Assembly: GCA_951406725.2 (NCBI GenBank)
Contig: OX597825.1
Span: forward strand, 64,728,001-64,792,000
Direction of reading: 5' to 3'
DNA: 64,000 nucleotides
Source: Octopus vulgaris
Taxonomy: Eukaryota
In this document: positions 54,965-64,000 of the stretch, one piece after another
Layout: every line of letters starts with the position of its first letter
How positions within the stretch are numbered: position 1 is the stretch's first letter
Position numbers and translations under genes: made by a program
The notes under the pieces: model-generated
Seen by the model: the letters and a program-made list of their open reading frames with translations, nothing else
Told to the model about the DNA's origin: nothing
The model's database searches: none

Positions 54965-55382
54965 TTTCGTTTTTGGTTCTTTTTGTACATACCCGCCGAG
55001 GCTGATTTCGCCTTCCATCTTTATGGAATAGATAGGATACGTACCAGTTGTATATCGGGATCGATTTAATCAATCGGCTGGTACATATTTCATCGATCCA
55101 TAAAAGGATGCAAAGCAAGTTTTTCATCGACGGAATTTGAACTTAGAACAAAAAGACGGACGAATCGAAAGTCGCATATTCATTTGAAATTTTGGCACGA
55201 TGCCAGCAATTTCGAGGGAGGTGTTTAGTCGATTACATCGCCCCCAGTGATCAACTGATATACTTCCTTTATCTACCCTGAAAGGGAGGAAAAGCAAAGT
55301 CGACCTCAGGGAATTAAAGGCGGATGAAATGCATCTAAGCATTTTTCCCGGCGTGCTAACGATTCTATCAGCACGCCGCCTT
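54965..55382. mobile_element. Cluster of three degenerate SINE family B pieces (+ 54965-55075, - 55078-55165, - 55182-55382)
   Basis: ccgccgaggctgatttcgccttccatc; ggaatttgaacttagaac; aaagtcgacctc...ctaagcatttttcccggcgtgctaacgattc...cgccgcctt. Confidence 0.7.
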
Positions 55383-55915
55383 ATGGAAATTGTATATTAA
55401 CAGCTATAATGCTGTTCCTTATTGATCAATTCAGTTAGGGTTGACTTGGTGGTAAAACAATCAAAATTATAAATATTTAAAAAGAGTCATACCAATTTAA
55501 ACAGAATATTTTTTCAGTGATATCCAGCTATACTGTGACTTGTGTTTCAAAAAGCTAATGTTACCATTTTTACAATAATATAGAGCTAATAAGTAACAAT
55601 GAGATTGCGTTAAAACAATAATCGACAATTAACATTAATAAAAGTGAACTGCTGCCAGTTAACGATGTTAAGTTTCTAGAATGATTTTTATCTCACAAGA
55701 AGAAATTGGATTTACTTGTAAGATATGAAAAAATTACAGGAACTCTGCGCAAAACCTTTCATATGCGAGAACAGTACAGAAAGTATTAGACGTTTGAGTA
55801 CAGTTTTGGTTCCTATTACATACATCTAAGATATTTGCCGCCTCACATGCACATATGTGTATGATTGTATGCGAATATATATATATATATATATGTGTGT
55901 ATGTGTGTGTGTATG

Positions 55916-56010
<95 letters not shown>

Positions 56011-56169
56011 GTATGTATATATATATGGCGTGCACGTGTATGCGTCTTTGTATGTGGAGGGTTACTAAGTATTGTGCTTCATGTACGTATTTGTATGTGA
56101 GTATGATACTAGATAAGAGCGAATATCTGAGACAGGCGAAGTGGTATATGAACCTCGATATATGTGTGA

Positions 56170-56246
<77 letters not shown>

Positions 56247-56292
56247 CCTAGGTATAATTGAGTGTATGTGTGTATATATATATATTATATAT

Positions 56293-57110
56293 ACAAAGGA
56301 TGCGATAGGTAAATTGTTGCCACATTATATTTTCAATTTTGCACATGGGCACTTTTAAATTTTAATTTTTTCGGCAACACAGTGCAGTAGTTTCGGTTGA
56401 GTACCGTCTATGAGGAAAACAACACAATTACGCAATTCACCTTGCCAGAAATTTGAAGACGACATGCTGTAGGGCTTGGCATTCGCACCGGTAGTTACAA
56501 CACGAACATTTCAGAATGTTTGGGTATCAGTCTGAGAACAGATTATCACCAAAACATATACCGAGTGTGATAAAAATCAATCATCCAATGAACATAATGG
56601 TGTTTGGAGTGATCACTTGTGATGGCGACGTTATGTCTACATTCATCTTGTCACACGGCCTGAGACTGATCATGGAGACTACATCAAGTGCCTGGAGGAG
56701 GTAGATCTGCCTGAGTCAAGGCAGTAGCTACTGGAGGACCCTATGTCTGGCAACAGGATTCTGCACCATGCCACATAAGCAGGACAACCCAGTTCATGGC
56801 TGTCAGAAAATTTCCGCGAACACATCACTCCTAAAAATTGGCCACCTAACTTCCCAGGCTGCGACTCCCTTGCCTAGTACGTGTGGGGCGCAGTTGAGCG
56901 AGAGACCAACAAACTCTTTGTAATACTAAAGATGAACTGAATACCAGGATTATGGCAGCATTCACCAACTTAAACAGAAGAGTTGCAAGAGATTCCGTAG
57001 TCCTCCCGAGGCCTTGGTTGAAGCCAATGGCCATTTTATTTAATAGATTTACTCTTAAGTATTTCAAGATATTTATGCAATGTTGGTAAATATATCTATT
57101 AAAATGAGTT
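56293..57110 (+). mobile_element. Decayed Tc1/mariner-superfamily transposon, maT (DD37D)-like transposase pseudogene
   Basis: Across frameshifts: KINHPMNIMVFGVITCDGDVM, YIKCLEEV, PYVWQQDSAPCH, WLSENF..HITPKNWPPNFPGCDSLA*YVWGAVERETN. These match the catalytic-domain motifs QQD.AP.H and WPPNSPD.NPLD..VWG. Confidence 0.85.
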
Positions 57111-57770
57111 GTCAATGTTATTTCCATTATATATATATATATATATATACATACACGCATACTCACACACACACAAACACACATACACAAACATATATAT
57201 ATGTATTTAATGCTTGCTCTGTATAAGCATGTATGTTTAAAGACTTGTTATTGCATCATTTATTTGCGAACGCACACGCACACACACAAACCACGTGTAC
57301 ATATACATAATATATACTTAACTGTATCTGTTATGTCTCTTTATTATTAGTAATTCTGTTCCAGCAATCTGACATGAGAATCTTAGCTATTTCTTTCAGT
57401 GCGAAAGATGGGAATCATTTGATCTCTGTCAGCTGAAACCCCTTAGATGCTTGGCAGAGTTCTAGATAACAAACAAGCTAAGCAGAATATCTGTAATAAA
57501 TCTTCTTACGCAGAGGAGTCAGGTTTAACCTGCTGTGTGAAGAATACTGTATGGAACTTATTAGCGAATAAGAAAATTGCGTCATTGCTAAAAAGTTAGC
57601 TGTTGGGAAATCATTGAAAACTGAACGATATTATCTTCTACCTGCATTTATAGTCCGTTGTGAGATCTATGAATACCCAATTAAGTAAGCCTAAAACCCG
57701 TATTGTATAGTGTAAAACGAAATAATAAAATCCCGAATTGCAGTCATCCAGTTCTTCTTTCTCTAGTTGT

Positions 57771-58433
<663 letters not shown>

Positions 58434-58691
58434 GAGGGAGAAAGTGAGCAAGAAAGGAGAGAGAGAGTGTTAGACAGGCAGAGAACGAGGGAGAGATTTT
58501 TAATGCATAACATGGAATCCTAAACAAGGGTATTTTGTTTCGCCCTAGGTGATCAGAGTCACGTCTGTGGAGGAAAAATGTAGGCTTGCAGTATACTCGC
58601 TTTAAGATTATTATCCTAATTGGTATTGCAAAATTCTGTTGAGATTATTATCATTTACGCGTGTTCGCACACGCACCACACACACACGATT

Positions 58692-58739
<48 letters not shown>

Positions 58740-59529
58740 TTTTACTCCCTTACAATATCTTGTATTTGTTTATCTTCTTTAACATAAATTATACATAGTG
58801 AAATTGCTTTTCTGATACTTTTATGAACTGAGATCCCATTTGGTAGGCTGCTGGTTTTAATGAATGCGACCCTGATTCGTAAGAATTCTAATTTAGACGG
58901 CTGATGAAGTGGGGTCACTTCGTAGTACTGTCTCACTGTTTACAGCAGTCGCGGATTTCATATACTTACAGAGATTTCCATCGTTTATATATCCACACAC
59001 ACGTACACTTTAGTCAAAACAACTTCATGCTCTTGGAGAGTATTTAAATACTTATCTGCAATTGCAACCGACACCGAACGAGGTGCAAAAACAATGTTCT
59101 GTTCCTACAGGCTTCAACAGTACAGTAATTGTTCTACTTCGATTCTTAGTTGCATATAATCATTGCTTTAATATCATCGACTGGATTCTACCAGGTCCTT
59201 AATTTATCTTCTTGAACCACTGTCATGATGTAAACATTCAACTTTATAGAAAAAAAATCTATCCTATCCATTCTCTTCTTTTTCATTGCCTCCGCCTCTC
59301 TATTCTTTATCCTACATTTCCTCCTTTCGCTCCCTTTTTTCCCTCTCTTTCTCTCTCTCACCCTGTCTCTTCTGTGTCCCTCCTTGTCTCATTTCTATAC
59401 ATCCCGATCTCTGTTCGTATATTTCTTACTGTTTTACCATCTGGCGTATCATATTTTTTATCCTTAAGAAGACGTGGCACAAACTGCGACACTGCAACAT
59501 ATATGAAAACTTGCAGCGTAAGAGCTGTA

Positions 59530-59923
59530 TCTTTATATATAAAACTGTAGTTGTGTGAGTGTCTGTCCCCTTCAATTTAGATTCCTAACTACTCCCACAT
59601 TTTGCGGTGCAATTCAACCAAAACCGGGTATCTTGTAGTCGTGATTCATATCGAGCCCTTCTGGGTATTAGTACGCGTCTACGATGAGTCTACGATTTTA
59701 AAAATAATTTACCATCATTTTTTTCCATTTTCATGCATATTTTTTTAAAGGGAAGTAACTCTCTAAAAATGTCTACGATGAGTCAACGATTTTTTAAAAA
59801 AATTACCATCATATTTTTTCCCTTTTTAATGCATTTTTTTGCTATTTTTTGGCTATAACTCTCTAAAAATGCTGTATAGTTATTTCCCTTACAAACCCGA
59901 GCAACGTCCGGTGATACTGCTAG
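59530..59923 (+). mobile_element. Non-autonomous Helitron
   Basis: Termini a|TCtttatatataaaactgtag ... cccgagcaacgtccggtgatactgCTAG|t: TC start, subterminal GC-rich hairpin, CTAG end, A|T target and no TSD. Internal duplication of gtctacgatgagtc.acgatttt at about 59677 and 59771. Confidence 0.85.
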
Positions 59924-60391
59924 TATAATATAAAAAGAACGTTCTACAAACCTTTCTAGAATATACAGTCGTAAGTTCTACCTTTACCCTTTATTTTGAA
60001 AATCAGAAACTATTCCCCATTATAAAGCTTGAAGGAAAAAGGTTGAAATGCTTTTGAAAGTAGTTTCGTTGATTGCAATGTTCCAAAAATCAATTCCTTG
60101 CGTAGCTCATATTGAAGATGTTGGACGTTTAATGAAGATGTAGGACGTTTCTGTATACAGTCACTGAAGCACATATAAATCGTAGCTAAATCTTCCTTAA
60201 ATCACAATTTTCTTTGAAATAAAGTGGGGATATACTGGATAATGAAATGTCATGTTTCCGAAACAAGCTTCCGGTTGGGGAACCTGAATATTTCATCAAT
60301 TTTATCCCCACTGCCAGTTTCGGGAGTTCGCTCTGTGACTCCTATCGTCCTGCTTTTTCGTAAAGGATGTGAACTATACTACCTCGAGGAT

Positions 60392-60660
60392 AGAAATACA
60401 TATTAATGTAACTTCCAATCAATTAGTTTCTTTGGTTTTGTCATTTTAATTGTGCTGTCTTCTCTCTTGTGTCTTTGGCATTTAAGCAGCTCATTCATCT
60501 CTCATACGTTCTTACATATTTTAATTAGAGAAATACATATTAATGCAACTTCTATCTAAGTTTCATTTAGCTTGGCCATTTTAGTTTCACCCGTATCATC
60601 CCATGTGCCTTTCGCACCCGAGGCACTCATTCATCTCTCAAATATTCTTTAATTTTAATC
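60392..60660 (+). repeat. Diverged tandem duplication, about 137-bp unit x2
   Basis: agaaatacatattaatg.aactt...ctcattcatctctca...attttaat occurs twice. Confidence 0.75.
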
Positions 60661-60967
60661 CGGCTTGGGAACCACTCCGAATTTTCACCGCATAAGTGCA
60701 GTAGCTGTCAGATTAGTCTCAGCTAATGCAATTAAAGATAAATGGGATTGCCACGGTTAGAATGGCCTTTATCCTGAACCTCCTACATGAAAGATATTCT
60801 GTAGTTAAATATTAGTCTCGCTTTTGCAAGAACACATTTACTGCTGTAAAACTATACACTCTACGAATTTAATGCATTCTCTTCGAACTGGCATTTTTTT
60901 TTTATCGGAGATTTGTTTCTTTTTAATTTGCAAACGTATCAGTTATGTAAATCTTATATGGTTCAAA

Positions 60968-61226
60968 GTGGAGGCGCGTGGTTTAGTGGTTAGGGTGTCA
61001 GCATCCTGATCGTAAGATTGTAGTTTCGATTCCTGGACCGGGCGACGCGTTATGTTCCTGAGTAAAACACTTTCATGTTGCTCCAGTCCACTCAGCTAGC
61101 AAAAATGAGTAACGCTGCGATGAACTGGCGTCTAGTCCGGCTGGGGAACGCATACGCCATTGAAACCGGGAAACCGGGCCCATGAGCCTGGCTAGGCTTT
61201 AAATGAGCGCATTTACTTTTATTTTC
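60968..61226 (+). mobile_element. tRNA-derived SINE family D, full length, 12-bp TSD
   Basis: gtggaggcgcgtggtttagtggttaggg with B-box AGTTTCGATTCC. TSD atatggttcaaa at 60956-60967 and 61227-61238. Confidence 0.92.
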
Positions 61227-62954
61227 ATATGGTTCAAAATGATCAATTTTACATTGTCACTAATTTCGTTTATTCTATTTGATGTTCACAAGAAAATATT
61301 TAAAAGTAGTCAGGCGGTTTGTTTTGCATTTTATCTTGTGTATAATCCAAACATTTCAAAAGTTTTTATTGCATTGAGATTGTTAGCTGAGTTAAGAGCA
61401 AGCGTTGAAATTACATAAAACATTAGCTCCGTTGATTATGGATTAGTGACTTGAGAATTATGAGTTCCAGCGAAGTCGTACAGCAGCACCTGTTCAACTC
61501 TTTTGGCCAGTTTTGGCTGTCTTGATTTGATTTGCCTACGTCGATTCCTTGGCTTGTTGCAAATTTTTAATATTCGTTAACATTCTTCCGAGGAGAGGGT
61601 TCAGGGAACGTTGGTGAAGAACATTTGCTATGTAATATGCATTATATTTTCAGATAAGATTCTATTGATGTCAATGAAGCTGTTGATCATTCCGGCAATC
61701 TGTAAAATAAGTAAAAATTAATTGCTGGGAACATTTTAACAGACAACATACTCTTCAAAGTTATGTAGCATAAAAAGAATACAGACTTTATCTGGTATGG
61801 ATATTTTTTTTATAATAAGGGATATTTGGGAATCAAATATATTTTTTTTGTCTTTTTGAAATTTATTCTATCAATTAGTAAAACTAATATTGATCTGTTT
61901 TATTATTTGTCCTCATATTTAATTTTGAAAACTGAATCAGTTTACTAAACAGCAGTACATGAACTGTTTTCAATTATCTTCCTATGTATTTTAGTAATTA
62001 TTATCAGCTAATATCACTCATTAATCAATAAAAGAATTGATACCGACAATCAGAAAACAAAACAAAAAATCCTTTAATTTCATCCGATATACTTTCATTT
62101 CCTTTCTAATCTGTATCAATAGTCTTCACCTCTACCCACTCCAACCTCCATCACTTTTCCATATCATATAGAAGTCATCGTTTTCAGAGACGACTATATA
62201 ATTTTCGTTAGCAACAACAACGATTGGCGCACCTGTAAAAAAAAGTGTCTGATAATTAATCTTATCTTCCTATTGACATGCATGTCATTTGAGGAGGATA
62301 TTTAATACTTTATATATTTATTTGATTTCCAATTCCATTAATTATAGAATGCACATCTCTGTTTTATTATCTCCCGTTAACTATATCACTATATCGCATT
62401 TCCTTCCAATATCTCACCCATAATGGAAGCCTTATGTAAATACACACAAACAGAGAGAAGGAGAGAGAGGGAGACAAGGAGAGAGAGGGAGAGAAACGCA
62501 CAACGTTATACGTGTGTGAGTGAATTTTCATCAGTGATGGTGGTGAGCAAACCAATTGTGCGGTGAAGTGAACTGCCTACTCTTTGAAGTCACGTATAGA
62601 TGGAGTATCCTATAGACGCGTAAAATCTTAACGTAAATCTCAGACTGGAGTAAGTATGATGCAGTGTGTAACAAAGCTGGTACTTCTGAATTACAAGTCA
62701 AAGTCATTGTATGGGTTACCAACTTCCATACAATTTCTGCCTCTGAAATTTAATCCTGAGGCATATAAATTTAATCTGAGCATATGGTGGTGGAGACTTG
62801 GCCAAGGCGCTTCTCAGAGTAACTGAACACGATATCCTATAGTAGACCACATACGGCTTGCCTTTTTGAGTGTCTGTGTGTCTCTCTCTTCCACTCTCCA
62901 TATATGTATATGTGTGTGTTTGTGAGTGTGTGTGCGTGTGTGTCTGTTTAGCAG

Positions 62955-63055
62955 AAGCAACGCAGTAACTCAAGGACCGAGAGTTTCAGGAGTTGGCACT
63001 TATTTGATAAATGCCAACGCACGAAACTCCCCGCCGCCGAGTTGCTGTGTTGCTT
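62955..63055. repeat. ~100-bp imperfect palindrome / long hairpin (MITE-like or structured RNA)
   Basis: aagcaacgcagtaactc pairs with gagttgctgtgttgctt, gagtttc with gaaactc, gttggca with tgccaac, and ttat with ataa. Confidence 0.75.
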
Positions 63056-63280
63056 TTACTCTCTTCTACTCTTTTACTTGTTTCAGTCATTTGACTGCAG
63101 CCATGTTGGAGCACCGCCTTTAGTCGAGCACATTGACCACGGGACTTATTCTTTGTAAGCCTAATACTTATTCTATCAGTCTCTTTTGCCGAACAGCTAA
63201 GTTACGGGGACATAAACACATCAGCAGCGGTTGTTAAGCAATGCCAGGGGGAAAAAACACACACAGACACACACACATAC

Positions 63281-63316
<36 letters not shown>

Positions 63317-63490
63317 ACATATATACGACGAGCTTCTTTCAGTTTCCGTCTACCAAATCCACTCGCAAGGCTTTGGTCAGCCCGAGGCTATAGTAGAAAA
63401 CCCTTGCCCAAGATGTCACGCAGTGGAACAGAACCCGGAACCATGTGGTTGGTAAGCAAGCCACTTACCACACAGCCACTCCTGCGCCTA
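63054..63490 (-). mobile_element. SINE family A, full length
   Basis: ttttacttgtttcagtcatttgactgc...cacagccactcctgcgccta. Confidence 0.93.
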
Positions 63491-63746
63491 AACATTATTA
63501 TATACGTTCTCATATTTTGTGTTCTATTTTCCTGTTTCCATCACCATACCTATGCACACACACACACACACACACGCGTATATATATATATACATACCTA
63601 TATATATACATACATATATATACATATATATATATATATATCATACGTATATACATACATATATATATATACATACATACATATATCTACATACATATAT
63701 ATATATACATACATACATATATACATACATATATATATGTATATAC

Positions 63747-63803
<57 letters not shown>

Positions 63804-64000
63804 CTATAACATAATATAATGTAATATAAGCGCGCACACAAACAGAGGAATAGACAGTAAGATAAACAAACGGATAGGAGAAGAGCAAACATATAAGATT
63901 AGTTCATAGATTTCTTGCAAGTAATCTCTATTCTGTTTCTCATATTTTACCATATTGTCTCTGCCTCACACCTACTACACCATACGTTAACAAACAACCC

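Noticed and set aside
58895-58933. agacgg CTGATGA agtg gggt cact tcgtagta ctgtct, with hammerhead-like stems I and II
   Set aside because: The essential GAAA segment is absent and there is no second copy in the window. At best a dead remnant.
61620-61720. Splice-acceptor-like sites on both strands (ttttacag on minus at 61700; tattttcag on plus at 61653)
   Set aside because: The best minus frame closes after 23 codons and no peptide is recognisable. An exon cannot be supported without RNA data.

Overview
Eukaryotic, very AT-rich, gene-free (intergenic or intronic) animal DNA, saturated with (TA)n, (TACA)n, (GATA)n and (TTA)n microsatellites and with interspersed repeats. The repeat landscape looks like a coleoid cephalopod such as Octopus; this is an inference from pattern recognition, not a database result. 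No intact protein-coding gene is supported. Most ORFs in the track are microsatellite or SINE translations. Supported content: (1) about 30 copies of tRNA-headed SINEs in several families, called A, B and C/D/E here, with nesting, multimers, module swapping and three clear 12-13 bp TSDs; (2) an internally deleted mariner with perfect TIRs, plus decayed maT-like, hAT, R4/Dong-like, RTE-like and Penelope-like remnants; (3) two non-autonomous Helitrons. The most notable signal is a set of hammerhead-ribozyme (HHR) motifs in about five unrelated repeat families. Three of these families form fold-back elements with outward-pointing HHR motifs. The best case is a near-perfect 690-bp palindrome at 45836-46525, whose ribozyme has a compensatory U3-A8 core instead of C3-G8.
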